NCBI GenBank assembly: GCA_951406725.2
Contig: OX597826.1
Coordinates: 6,138,001-6,202,000 of the forward strand
Reading direction: 5' to 3'
Source: Octopus vulgaris
Lineage: Eukaryota
Length of the DNA: 64,000 nt
In this document: positions 27,905 to 40,753 of the stretch, in pieces
How the letters are laid out: each line of letters opens with the position of its first letter
Position numbering within the stretch: position 1 is the first letter of the stretch
Program-made: the position numbers and the translations under genes
Notes under the pieces: model-generated
What the model was told of the DNA's origin: nothing
Databases searched by the model: none
What the model saw: only the letters and a program-made list of their open reading frames with translations

Positions 27905-28305
27905 CTCTTTACTCTCTACTCTTCTACTTGCTTCAGGCATTTGGCTGCGGCCATACTGGAGCACCGCCCAAATCGAACCCAAGACTTATTCTTTGAAAGC
28001 CTAGTACTTATTCTATCGGTGTCTTTTGCCGAACTGCTAAGTTACGGGTACGTAAACACAGCAGCATCGGTTGTCAAGTGATGTTGTGAGGACAAACACA
28101 GACGCAAAAATGCACACACACACATATATATACATATACATATATACGACGGGCTTCTTTCAGTTTCCGTCAACCAAATTACAAGGCTTTGGTCGACCTG
28201 AGGCTCTAGTAGAAGACACTTGCCGAAGGTGCCATGCAGTGGGACTGAACCCGGAACCATGTGGTTGGTAAGCAAGCTACTTACCTCACAGCCACTCCTG
28301 CGCCT
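27905..28305 (-). mobile_element. Family A SINE, full length
   Basis: Homology to the other copies across head, microsatellite and tail. Confidence 0.88.
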
Positions 28306-29139
28306 AATGTAATGTTCTTGATACACCTTTGTATATATATATATATATATATGATTTCCTTATTGCTGCATTCTTTTTTTCTTTTTTTACAACGAAAGCA
28401 GTTTTACCGAATATACATGTATCTAAGCAAAATCGTCATGCCAGTCGGTTTGCTAAGTCTATGCTTAACACAACTTAAGAACAACTACAATTTGTAATAT
28501 TCTGTTTTGTTATAAAGCGTTTGCCTGAAATTTGAGAGCAACATTTTACCAACAAACTTACACCACCTCACGTTTTGGTTACATATGAGCTTATTCCCGA
28601 ATTAGAAACCATTGTGCTGAGACGTGAAGATAACTTGTAGTTGTGGGGAACAATAATTTATTCCTTTACGAAGTTAAAGTTTATGTTGTGAATCTAGTGC
28701 AAATATAGAAAATATCTGAATGTAAGAACTAATGCAGTATTGGACGAAAGTATTGAAAACTTATCCTCAAAATGATTCTGTTAAAAATGCGCCAATACTC
28801 TTCATCTCATTATAATAAACATCCCATTTAAATTCCATTTAAGAATATGTATGAATCTAAGCAATTCATTTTAGAAGTAGAAGAATAAATATGGGGTACG
28901 TACAATGCTCCTCTCATCTATACGTTTTAGATTTAAATACCTAATTATATATAATTATGCGTGTATTTATTTGACTTTTTTAATATATATGTATGAAGGC
29001 ATCTGTTTACATATAATATAAATAAGGATATTCATTCTTACTATGAATCTACCAAAAGTTTAAGTAGTTTCACACACACACACACACACACACATGTATG
29101 TATGCGTATGCATGTATATATGTATATGTATGTATATAT

Positions 29140-29235
<96 letters not shown>

Positions 29236-29239
29236 ATAC

Positions 29240-29313
<74 letters not shown>

Positions 29314-29317
29314 GTAT

Positions 29318-29590
29318 GAAGGCACAACGGCCCAGTAGTGGTTACGGCAGCAGACTCGCTGTCGGAGGATTGCGGTTTCGATTTACAGACCGGTCTGTGT
29401 GTGTTTTTATTGAGCGAAAACACCTAAAAGCTCCACGAGGCACCGGCAGTGGGTGGTGGCGACCCCTGTTGTACTCTTTTTCCACAACCTTCTCTCACAC
29501 ACTCTTTTTGTTCTTGGAGGGGAAAACATGCTCCACAGAAACCTGGAAACTGGGTCCATGAGTCTGGCTAGGCTTGGAAAGGGCGACAGA
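29318..29590 (+). mobile_element. tRNA-derived SINE (family C)
   Basis: A-box-like ggcccagtagtgg and B-box-like ggtttcgattt in a tRNA-like head; GC-rich body; flanked by microsatellites. Confidence 0.6.
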
Positions 29591-29609
29591 GGAGAGACAG
29601 CGGATACAA

Positions 29610-29654
<45 letters not shown>

Positions 29655-29680
29655 CATCTATATATTTCTGTCTCTCGTTG

Positions 29681-29728
<48 letters not shown>

Positions 29729-30585
29729 GAATATGTGAGATAACGTGAATGTGAGATCCGTACGCATAAAGATAGACATGGAAATATAATCATACATATA
29801 TATGTTAATGCATTCTTTTACATTTTATAGACAGCATCCAATTAATAATCTTTAGCCCAAGAAGCTGAAGTAGTCGTTCGTGTGTTATTACTTATTAAAC
29901 TCTGGTGAAGGAGAAATCAATCGTATTTTAGTATCGGAGAAAATCTTCGGATTAGACAGTATGCATAAAATCTACTTTAATAAACTGATGGTAATTTCAC
30001 CAAAATCTTGATTGACGACCGACCATAAATCATTCGCAATTTGGCCTGTGACCTCCTGTAGTGAGAGAATATTTAACTTGTCTTATGTTTGTAGTATTTC
30101 ACCGGATGGTGCTTCCTTCGTTCCCATGGAAATGATAAAAATGCAGTGTTTGTATAAAGACGAAACACAGATAGAAGTTTAGAAAGGATTATAAACATTA
30201 AGCAGTATGAAATTTATTCGATCTGGGTTTTTGTAGGCAAATCTATCCGTTTGAATAACATTTGCCAGTTCTGTCTAATATGGGTTTTAATAGATTATGG
30301 AATTATCATATTTACACTTAGGAAAGCTTTGCTTGCTGATCCAATGTCCAGTTTTCCTCTTCTTATTGTTTTACAATATATGTTGCCTAGCAATTCTTCT
30401 AAATTATTGCCACAATATTTAATAAGGAATATTATTAACTTGGCATGCCATTACTTTGTGATATCCTTCAGTCTAACTATTGTGCTGCAACACTATATAA
30501 TCTCCCACACTCAGACACCCTGTTCTGTATATGTGTGTCAATAAGTGTAAGATCGTATTACTATGTGTATGTGTGTGTGTGTGTG

Positions 30586-30619
<34 letters not shown>

Positions 30620-31210
30620 AAAGCGCGTGGACTAATGGTTAAGGTGTTACTCTCTAACTCCTTAGGTTCGATACCTCGACCAAGTGTTCTTTGAAGAAAG
30701 CATTTCATTTCACATTTCCTTCGGTCTACGTTTCTCAAAATGAGAAGCTGAAAACGACTTTCCTCTGCTACCGTGTGACACATATTAAATGTCAGGATAG
30801 GTAAAATATATGTGCGCTTACATAGTGTCTTTATATATTCACGATAAATGTAGACAGCTAAAACAATTAACAAAAGCTTATTATATGTTAACTTAGTACA
30901 CTGATCTCGGAATGAGAGCTAATGCGCATACTTTACCTATATGCATACATATGCACACACACACACACATCATAAATCATATATATATATATATAAATCA
31001 CCCCCCCAAAAAAAAAAACTAAGAACAGACACAAGAAATAAAAAAGACAATGCGAGGACGTGATACATGCAAAGTATTAGCAAACGCTCAGGGATGGAAG
31101 GAAAAGTGGTTTTCCGTTTCGATCAAATTCTTCTTCAGAAACAGGAGACAGACGAAAGTCTAAGAGAAAAGGAAACGGAGGGAAAAATTCGCCAACGATT
31201 CACCTGTGGT

Positions 31211-31289
<79 letters not shown>

Positions 31290-31299
31290 ATATATATAT

Positions 31300-31560
31300 T
31301 AATAGTAATGGTAAGTCAACAAAAGAATGAATGAGACCTTGATATTATGTAAATAGAGGAATTTGACTGTAATATATGTCCCAATTATTCGGTTGCAATA
31401 ATAAGACTCCGAGTATCGGATGTCGGGGCGGAAACCTCCAAAATCTCGTCAGTTTTAGAGGCCTAAATAACTGAAAAGATGCCGGAGGTTACCGCCCCAA
31501 CATCCGAAACTCAACTCGGAGTCTTATTATGGTAACCGAATAATCGTCAAATATTATATT
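31300..31560. mobile_element. Family H1 element in (TA)n: ~165-bp palindrome with two divergently oriented hammerhead-like motifs
   Basis: ~31382-31460 and ~31463-31546 are inverted repeats centred on aggcct. Plus arm: aataa CUGAAAA gatg...catc c GAAA ctc-aactcg-gag UC ttatt. Minus arm: aaaa CUGACGA gatt...catc c GAUA ctcggag UC ttatt. Confidence 0.7.
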
Positions 31561-31572
31561 ACATATACACAC

Positions 31573-31656
<84 letters not shown>

Positions 31657-33282
31657 TTATATATATATGTATATATATATATATAAGCTACTTTCTTCTC
31701 GTATACAAGCAAAGCCATTGCTAGAAAGATTATCGACTGAAAGATGGCACATATTTTGCAGATCTAAATTTTCCACAACATTGTTTAATTCCAGATCTAA
31801 AATTTTCAATAATTACAAGAATATGGACAAATTTAGTTTCGCGAACTGGAGTATACCATTCTATCCAGGTTAGGCTGCTTTTTTTCAGATTTGGACCCCA
31901 CTTAATTATGACTGCTCCTGTTCCATTTTTCTTCACCTTTCCACCTTTCATATGAATCTTCTTTTCGTGGTTTCTCCTGTACCAATGTACTGACTTTCAA
32001 AGAGAACTAGCCATGTGCTCAAAACCTGGAAATTGCTAAGATACACAAGGCGCTGTATGGAATTCTAGTTAGCCATGTGGATTCACAGCAAAAAAAAACA
32101 AAACATTAGTAGCTCTTATCTTTAAACTCTTTATACTTTGTAATTTAATTTCACACACACACACAAAATCACACACACACATTTAAATACCTGTGTGTGA
32201 CTTGCGTTTGTGTATGTATGTATCTAAGCTTCTTGTGTCGATTACTTTTCCTCAGCAGATTATTAATCTAAGACTAAGACATTTTATGTGGATGAATTTT
32301 GAGAATGTTAGACTCCATACACATCATATATTTATACGTGGCTGATTTATTTATTTATTTATTCAATACTGTATTGAAATTCTTTCTACAAATATAATTA
32401 GAGAGCGCAAATAGAAAAGAAGACAAAACGAATATACGCATAAGAAAATTCTAAGAATATTTTCTGTAATTATAGAAATATATCTAGGGTGAAGCTGAAA
32501 ATGTTTTTCATAGTGTATTCTTAATAATAAAAACACACAAAAAGTATTATGAAAAAGTATCGAAAACATAAGAGAAGATGCAATAAAGCACATTTACTCC
32601 AAATGATGTTAAACGATAAAAGCAAAAGAGAGAAATGTAGGGGGTGGGGTGGAGGGCGAAATATTTCAAATATCAGGTTACGATTGTTAATTCGCATATT
32701 TCTTTGATGTTTCACGAATCAATCTATATAACCGTGTCGTTGTCTCATTTGATGTTAATTTGATTATTTTAATCACATATAAAGAATGAGGGTTTTGTGT
32801 TAGAGAATCAAATGAGAAGAGAATCTAAAGGAAATAATAGAAACATTGAAAGAGTCGAAAGAGACAAATCAAAGCCAGAAAGAAACAAAATTTCTCGAAC
32901 AACAATTCAATCTTGATAATTACTTAATATCATTTAAAATGCACTGCAAAATTCATCTTCGTTGCTGCTTATATTATTTCCTTTACTATTATTATTATAA
33001 ATATAGCATCATTATAATATCCGACTTGTTTGCGGGCGACCTCACCATCGTTGTTGTAATAATCGTTAGTGAACTACAACGCTGAATGTAGTTCACTAAC
33101 AATTATTGTCGTCATCACTGAAGTGCCGTGGAGGTCACAGTTTTTGTTACCGTCGTTGTCATCATCGGCATCATCATCAGTTGTCGCTTGTATTGCATTT
33201 GCATCCCTCTTCCATCTGTAAACGAAATACAAAATCATATATAAATACATATATATACATCCATATATATATATATATATAT

Positions 33283-33344
<62 letters not shown>

Positions 33345-33392
33345 ATATATATATATGTATATGTTATATATATATATATACATATATATAAC

Positions 33393-33665
33393 ACTTTTAC
33401 TTGTTTCAGTCATTTGAATATGGTCATGCTGGAGCACCGCCTTTAGTCGAGAAAATCGACACCAGGATTTATTCTTTGTAAGCCTAGTATTTAATCTATC
33501 GGTCTCTTTTGCCGAAGCACTAAGTTACGGGGACGTAGACACACCACCATTGGTTGTTTAGCTATGTTGGGGGGAAAACACAGACACGCAAACATATACG
33601 CACACATATACATACATACATATATATACATACATACATATATACATACATACATACATACATAT

Positions 33666-33712
<47 letters not shown>

Positions 33713-33766
33713 CCACAGCCATGTGGTTGGTAAGCAAGCTACTTACCGCACAGCCACTCCTACGCC

Positions 33767-33768
<2 letters not shown>
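33393..33768 (-). mobile_element. Family A SINE with an internal deletion
   Basis: 3' half at 33393-33600 and head fragment at 33712-33768, separated by microsatellite. Confidence 0.8.
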
Positions 33769-33797
<29 letters not shown>

Positions 33798-34084
33798 GTA
33801 TGTATGTATGTATATTTATGCATGTGTGCATGTATGAATGTATATTTCCGTCGGTTACGAATGTGTGAGCACGTGTGAATGCATGTCAGTATATATGTAA
33901 AAATATATACCTGTGTACGCAGACGTGCACACGCACATGACTTATGAAAGAGTACACATTTCTTTATCAACCTAATTTAGAAACAACTGGATTCAACATA
34001 CCGTTTAAAAATAAATGGTGAAGCGCATCAATATCCACATTATTATTTGCCTAATGATCTTCGTACATATGCCGCAAGAACAAG

Positions 34085-34239
34085 AGAACCTGTGTGGTAA
34101 GTAGCTTGCTTACAAACCACATAGTTCCTGGTTCAGTCCAACTGCATAGCACTTTGTGCAAGTCTCTTCTACTATAGCATCGGACCAACCAAAGCCATGT
34201 GAGTATATTTGGTTGACGGAAACTGAAAGAAGCCCGTCG

Positions 34240-34310
<71 letters not shown>

Positions 34311-34530
34311 GCATGTGTGTGTATATGTTTGAGGGTCTATGTTTGTCTCCCCTATATCGCTTGGCAATCGCTTCTGGTGTGTTTACGTCTCCGTAACTCA
34401 TTGGTTCGACAAAAGGGACTGATAGAATAAGGCTTACAAAGAAAAAGTCCTGGGGTCGATTTGCTCGACTAAAGGTGGTGCTCCAGCATGGCCATAGTAA
34501 AATGAGTGAAACAAGTAGAAGTGTAAAGAG
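34085..34530 (+). mobile_element. Family A SINE
   Basis: Homology to the other copies. Confidence 0.85.
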
Positions 34531-34904
34531 ATACAACAACTATCACATCCACCGTAACAAGAGCAAACCTGAAATACATTTTGCCCTTTTGTCTGCTCTG
34601 CAGATTGTCATTATCTAGGGAGAGTCATTTTCTGTTTATGACTTATAATGTAACACACACACAGGTAAAATTTCCACTTATTTCGTACTTTTATTTTCCT
34701 AAAATAAAGAGAATCTTGCATACCAAATTCAAAAACGAAATACTTCTCTATAGTTTTATAATCTCAGTAAACCAAGGGACAGTTAGAACAGTCACTACAA
34801 ATTATACATCAGAATAGATTCTTGCAGCTCGTAATATAGACTACAATGCAGATTCTATGAGATAATTTGCTGGAAATCCACAATGTTGTACAGCTGTTAC
34901 TACT

Positions 34905-35195
34905 GATGCTGATGATGAAGATGGCGATGATGATGATGATGATGAGGAGGAGGAGGAGGATCATGATGAGGATCATGATGATGATCATGATGATGAGGAT
35001 GAGGATAATGCTGATGCTGATGACGATGATGATGACATTGATGTTGGTGGTGGTGGTGGTTGTGATAATGATGGTGGGGATGATAAAAGATGATAATGAT
35101 GCTGATCATGCTGATCATGCTGACCATGCTAATGATGATGAGGATGATGATGATAATGATGACGACGATGATGATAGTGATGGCGGTGATGATGG
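34905..35195. repeat. (ATG)n/(AGG)n/(GGT)n degenerate trinucleotide tract
   Basis: Read directly; source of the poly-M, poly-D and poly-H ORFs. Confidence 0.9.
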
Positions 35196-35469
35196 CGAAC
35201 CCAACAAAATATATTTCATTTATTTCGTTATTTCGATGCATTTTCCGACTCATTTCTTTCGGTTTCTCTCGTCGAACTCTGTCTTCTTTTTCGTTGTTGG
35301 TTTCTTTTTGTATTGTTTTTGTCTTGGAGTATTCAACCTCTGTCCTGTCTTGCAGGCTACTTTACGAAGTCCAATTCTATAGCTGGTATTATCATTCTCA
35401 CAATGATGACTCCTGAGGTGATATAAAAATCATGATGATCTTTTCATCTTCTACCAGCACGCCACCTTA

Positions 35470-35504
35470 ATGATGATGATGATGATGATGATAATGATAA
35501 AAAC

Positions 35505-35535
<31 letters not shown>

Positions 35536-35870
35536 AGGATGAGGAAGAGAAGGAAGAGGGGTAGAGAGGTAGAGGGGAGGAAAGGAAGAGGTGGAGGGGA
35601 AGAGCAGGGAGAATGGGGGGAAGAGCAGAGAAAAGAAGGAGGAGGAAAGGGGAAGAAGAAACGGACGTGGGAGAGGAGGGGATGGGAGAAGGAAGGGAGA
35701 GAAGAGTAGAGGAGGAAAGAGAGGAGGAAGTAGAAAAGAAAGAAGAGAAAGAATACGAGCAAGAATTAGAAGACAGGGATAGGAGGAGGAAGGTGTAGAG
35801 GAAAAGAAGGAACGGAAGGAGGACGAAGGAAGGAAGAGAAGGGAGGGGAGGTTGAAGGGGAGGTGGATAA
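35470..35870. repeat. (ATG)n and (GTA)n followed by a ~330-bp purine-rich (GA) low-complexity tract
   Basis: Read directly from the sequence. Confidence 0.9.
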
Positions 35871-36259
35871 TAAAATTTTAGATAAAAATAGTGACGTTCG
35901 ACACTAAAAAATTGCCAGCAAATATATTCTGCCAGACGAGATTACACGAAACATGCAATATCGAGCTTGTAAAAAGTGAATGATGCTAGCATCATGACCA
36001 CGTGACGGGTGCTTGACGGTGAAGTACTGTAAAAGCAAAAAAACAAACATATAACTTTCTCGTTTCAATGTAACGAAATCATTTCGTGTAGTATCGACGG
36101 AGTAAATACGTGCATATCTGGCCGATATATTTATTCCACATTGGGTAGGGAGGACGTATGTTACACTGCAGTCGAGGCGAAAGAAAAATATCTGGTATTA
36201 GGAGACTTATCTATTTGTGAACGGTTCCCTCTTTTTTGTGGGATAAAAATACAAATTCT

Positions 36260-36490
36260 GTTGTGTCTAGGGAGAGGCATTTTCTTTTTATGTCTTTTGT
36301 GTCCGTTCAGAGTCAAGATTATTGAAAAGGTTGCAAGAGGCAACGAAAATTTCAGGAAAATAAACATAAGGAATAAGTGGAAATTTCACCGGTGAGTGAA
36401 AATGACTCTCCCCTGACACAATATACTCAACACACGAACTCATATAAAGAATCTTGCAAACTAAATCCAGAAACGAAAAGAAATACAAAT
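36260..36490. mobile_element. Short repeat (family H3) with an internal inverted repeat and a hammerhead-like motif; rearranged partial copy at ~34615-34745
   Basis: ctagggagaggcattttct (36268) versus aaaatgactctcccc (~36400) inverted; 34615-34745 shares ctagggagagtcattttct, aaatttccacttatt (inverted) and agaatcttgca...aaacgaaa. Confidence 0.5.
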
Positions 36491-36763
36491 GTTCTCTTAA
36501 ATATATGAGTAAATGCCTTAATACCTGGCTGACGTCCACTTTATTGTTGCAAAAATGAAGCATGATTAGTGACGATAAGATACATAATGATTCTTGGTGG
36601 AATTTCACGACCAAGTACATATAAAGGCAGAAAACAAAGCGAGTCGTACCTTGGAGAGGTTGCCACAAGGAAAATTTATCGCTGAGAACTAAAGGTAAAC
36701 ATTTCAGCTGTTACACATGTAGTGTAGAAGCTGGTGTTAAGGAATCAAATATAACTGTATCTT

Positions 36764-37215
36764 ATTTCTTTACTACCCACAAGGGGCTACACACAGAGGG
36801 GACAAACGGATTAAGTCGATTATATCGACCCAAGTATGAAACTGTTAATTATTTAATCGACCCCCAAAGGTTGAAAGGCAAAGTCGACCTCGGCGGAATT
36901 TGAACTCACAACGTAGCGACAGAGGAAATACTGCTAAGCCTTTTCGGAGTCGATTAAATAAGTACCAGTTACGCACTGGGTCGATGTAATCGACTTAATC
37001 CGATTGTCTGTCCTTGTTTTTTCCTCTCTGTGTTTAGCCCCTTGTGGGTAGTAAAGAAATGGGTCTTTCATCTGTCTTTACGTTATGTGTTCAAATTCCG
37101 CCGACTTCGCTTTCATCCTGCCGGGCTCAATAAATTAAGTACTAGTTGCGAGCTAGGATCGACATAACCGACTGCCCCCACCTCAAAAATTTCGGGCCTT
37201 GTGCCTAGAGAAGAA
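36764..37215. mobile_element. Family B tRNA-derived SINEs (Nin/Deu-like central domain): a minus copy fused to a plus dimer-like copy
   Basis: Core gttcaaattccgccgaggtcgactttgcctttcatcctttcggggtcgataaattaagtaccag present in both orientations; homologous to 39983-40200 and 58365-58596. Confidence 0.8.
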
Positions 37216-37409
37216 AAGAACATTCACTTCATCGCATTGTTTTCTCAGTTATCAGATATTATTATTCGAATGCTTGAGCAGACAAAATCAAGGATTGGCA
37301 ATGCTAAATGAGTCAAATAAACCTCATGAAATCTTTGCATTTACTAGATGTTCTTCGTTTTCTTTCATATTATGCCCGTCGATAATGGAATGTATACGTA
37401 GAAACAGGG

Positions 37410-37800
37410 TTGACAAAAAGTTTGCTTCGCAGCCTCGGGGATCAGTGTTCAGCCCGGCTGTGCGCATCTTTGGCAAATGTATTTTATAACCCCGGACCGA
37501 TCAAAGATTTAGGAGTGGCAGATGGAAACTGAAAGCATGTATGTATATATATACATAGATATGTGCGTGTGTGTGTATGTTTGTGTGTGTATATCTTTCA
37601 GTTGGTTCCTCATAATAACTTGACAACTGGTGTTGGTGTTTAGGTCCCTGCAACTTGGTGGTTCGGGGAAAAGAGATTGATAGCAGTAAAAAGCTTTAAA
37701 GAAAAATGGTTCTGGGGTAGATTCCTTTGACTAAAATCTTTCAAGGCGGTGCCCCGGAATGGCCACAATCTAATGACTGAAACAAGTAAAAGATAAAAGA
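37410..37800 (+). mobile_element. Older, diverged family A SINE
   Basis: Recognisable ggcaaatgt...gaccga...ggaaactgaaag...cttgacaac...aaggcggtgccccggaatggcc...aatgactgaaacaagtaaaaga. Confidence 0.7.
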
Positions 37801-37821
37801 CATATTTTAATAAGTGTTCTC

Positions 37822-37976
37822 ATAGGCGCAGGAGTGGCTGCGTGGTAAGTAGCTTGCTTACCAACCACATGGTTCCGGGTTCAGTCCCACTGCTTGGCAT
37901 CTTGGGCAAGTGTTTTCTGCTATAGCCCCGGGCCGACCAATGCCTTGTGAGTTGAAACTGAAAGAAGCCCGTCGTA

Positions 37977-38064
<88 letters not shown>

Positions 38065-38260
38065 TGTTTGTGTGTCTGTGTTTGTCCCCCTAGCATTGTT
38101 TGACAACCGATGCTGGTGTGTTTACGTCCCCGTAACTTAACGGTTCGGCAAAAGAGACTGATAGAATAAGTACTGGGCTTACAAATAATAAGTCGATTTG
38201 CTCGTCTAAAGGCGGTTCTCCAGCATGGCCACAGTGAAATGACTGAAACAAGTATAAGCG
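37822..38260 (+). mobile_element. Family A SINE, full length
   Basis: Head ataggcgcaggagtggctgcgtggtaag...gggttcagtcc; internal (TA)n(TG)n; conserved tail. Confidence 0.9.
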
Positions 38261-39182
38261 TATAGGAGAGTATAAGAGTCATATTATCATCAAAATACAA
38301 TTAAAATGGTAATAATTCTCAATACTGCAATAGGTATAACTGTTCAATTTGTTAGATCTTCCTTCACAACTACCATCGCCTTAACCATGCATACTAACGA
38401 CATTACAGTATCATAAATGGTGAAGCACATCAAATGAATCTCAGTGAATGGTTGTTACTAAAGTGGTCATTCAACTTGCTAAGAATGGTAACTAAATCTC
38501 CCTAAAGTAGTACACCTTACATTTTAAGAATAACGAATGACTAGCTTTACCATTTTAAAGGTTTTAGATTGTGATTTGATGATATATATTTAAATAAACA
38601 TGATGGTCACGGATGGTACATTTAATCGAGTTTGACCTGAAGCTGTATAACAAAAATTTCTTCTTCCTGTATTTAATAGCAACATTTATAACGAGCTGCA
38701 ACTCAATTGCTGAATTCTGCCACTTAACCAACGCCACCGACAGCGGCCAAAGCAGCACTATCATTATTACTAATAAAACCACATCTACAACCAGGATGAA
38801 TCGAATAGCTACCACAACCACAACAGCATTATATCTGTAAACCTGCGATAATGTAATTAAGAATGCTATGAATATAATTATAGTCTTTGCAAGTCTTTGC
38901 TGGTCAGCTGTAAAAATTGCAGGCGTTGCATCCTCATATGTCATCGGTTGTCATTTGCAACCCTATAGCAAGCTAATTAGATATTTAAGTAAGCAATTTA
39001 CTTCTCTCAGCTTCATTAGCTTCTAGCCAGCATTAATATTTATGTAAAGCCCACAACATTCCTGTCATCATTGCTTCGCTATATAATCTGCTTTATTCAC
39101 CTTTCTTTTGCCTGTGATTTCTGCTTCTGCAGTTTCTGATGGAAAGCGTCGATTTAGGAACTCAGAGTATTGAGGAGTTTAT

Positions 39183-39215
<33 letters not shown>

Positions 39216-39297
39216 CTGTTATCGTTGTTGTTGTTGTTGCTGCTGTTGTTGGGAGCAAGAATACAACTACAACAACAAACTAATACTGGCGGTAATG

Positions 39298-39307
39298 TAA
39301 ATAATAA

Positions 39308-39345
<38 letters not shown>

Positions 39346-39391
39346 GTAATAATAATGAAAAAAAATAATAATAGTAATAATAATGATGATG

Positions 39392-39455
<64 letters not shown>

Positions 39456-39460
39456 TGATG

Positions 39461-39502
<42 letters not shown>

Positions 39503-39580
39503 TTAATAATGATAATAATAATAATAATAATAATATAAATAATAATAATGATAATAGTAATAATAGTAATAATAATCATA

Positions 39581-39660
<80 letters not shown>
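39298..39660. repeat. Long (AAT)n microsatellite (~360 bp)
   Basis: Read directly from the sequence. Confidence 0.95.
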
Positions 39661-39982
39661 TTCTCGGGCTTTCTTTATGTGTAAATCATAACATTATTCA
39701 CCGAGAATAAATTTTAGGAGTCACTTTAAATGTTTCTAATTTGTAACATTTCACATTGCTGCTATATCTTTTTTTCCTAAACAGAATCCGAATTGAATAT
39801 TTTATATGAATTGAACAGAATTTGTAGACGTGGAAATTGTAAAAGAATACTGAATGAAAAATTTATACGACTAAAATACCAGGAATTAAAAATTCTACAT
39901 TTGAGCTTAAATTTCTGATCTTCTTTTCATTAAATTATATTTACTTCTCAATATTTTATAACCACCCAACATTATGTATATT

Positions 39983-40200
39983 TATTTCTTTATTGCCCAC
40001 AGGGGGCTAAACACAGAGGGGACAAAGAAGGACAGACAAAGTGCTTAAGTCGTTTACCTCGACCCCAGTGCGTAACTGGTACTTAATTTATCGACCCCGA
40101 AAGGACGAAAGGCAAAGTCGACCTCGGCGGAATTTGAATTCAGAACGTAACGGCAGCCGAAATACCGCTAAGCATTTCGCCCGACGTGCTAACGGTTCTG
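39983..40200 (-). mobile_element. Family B SINE
   Basis: Closely similar to 58365-58596. Confidence 0.85.
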
Positions 40201-40431
40201 CATGTATATTACCTGGAAGAGAAGGAAGCGGTGTGTCCTTGAAGTGATCAAAATATCAACGATTCTAGCTTCGTGCCTACCTGAGATGAGCTTTTAACCA
40301 TACATATTTCCTAACAAAAGGAATAATTATCGAAACAAATTTTTTTAAATATTCACCACTCACATGAACAAAAAAAAAAAAGAATTCATGGCTTTTCTTT
40401 CTTTTCGGTTGTTTCTGTTATTCTTTTTTTT

Positions 40432-40753
40432 CCAGTCATTTGACCGCGGCATTGCTGGAGCACTGCTAAGTGACGGTGACGTAAACACACCAACATCAGT
40501 TACCAAGCTATGCTGGGGGAACAAAGACAGACACACAAATACACACACACACACGCACACATATATATATATATATATATGTATATACGACGAGCTTCTT
40601 TCGGTTTCCGTCAATGAAATCCACTCTCAAGGCTTTGGTCGGCCCCAAGCTGTAGTAGAAGACACTAGCCCAAGGTGCCACGCAGTGGGACTGAAACCGG
40701 AACCATGTGGTTGGTAAGCAAGCTACTTACCTCACAGCCACTCCTGTGCCTAT
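40432..40753 (-). mobile_element. Family A SINE with a deletion in the tail
   Basis: Homology to the other copies. Confidence 0.85.

Noticed and set aside
34867-35382. 171-aa ORF with an acidic tract and hydrophobic tail
   Set aside because: Built on a degenerate (ATG)n tract that is open in several frames; no splice or domain evidence.
38564-38944. 126-aa hydrophobic ORF resembling a membrane protein
   Set aside because: Hydrophobicity comes from (GTT/GGT)-like low-complexity sequence; no recognisable family or exon boundaries.
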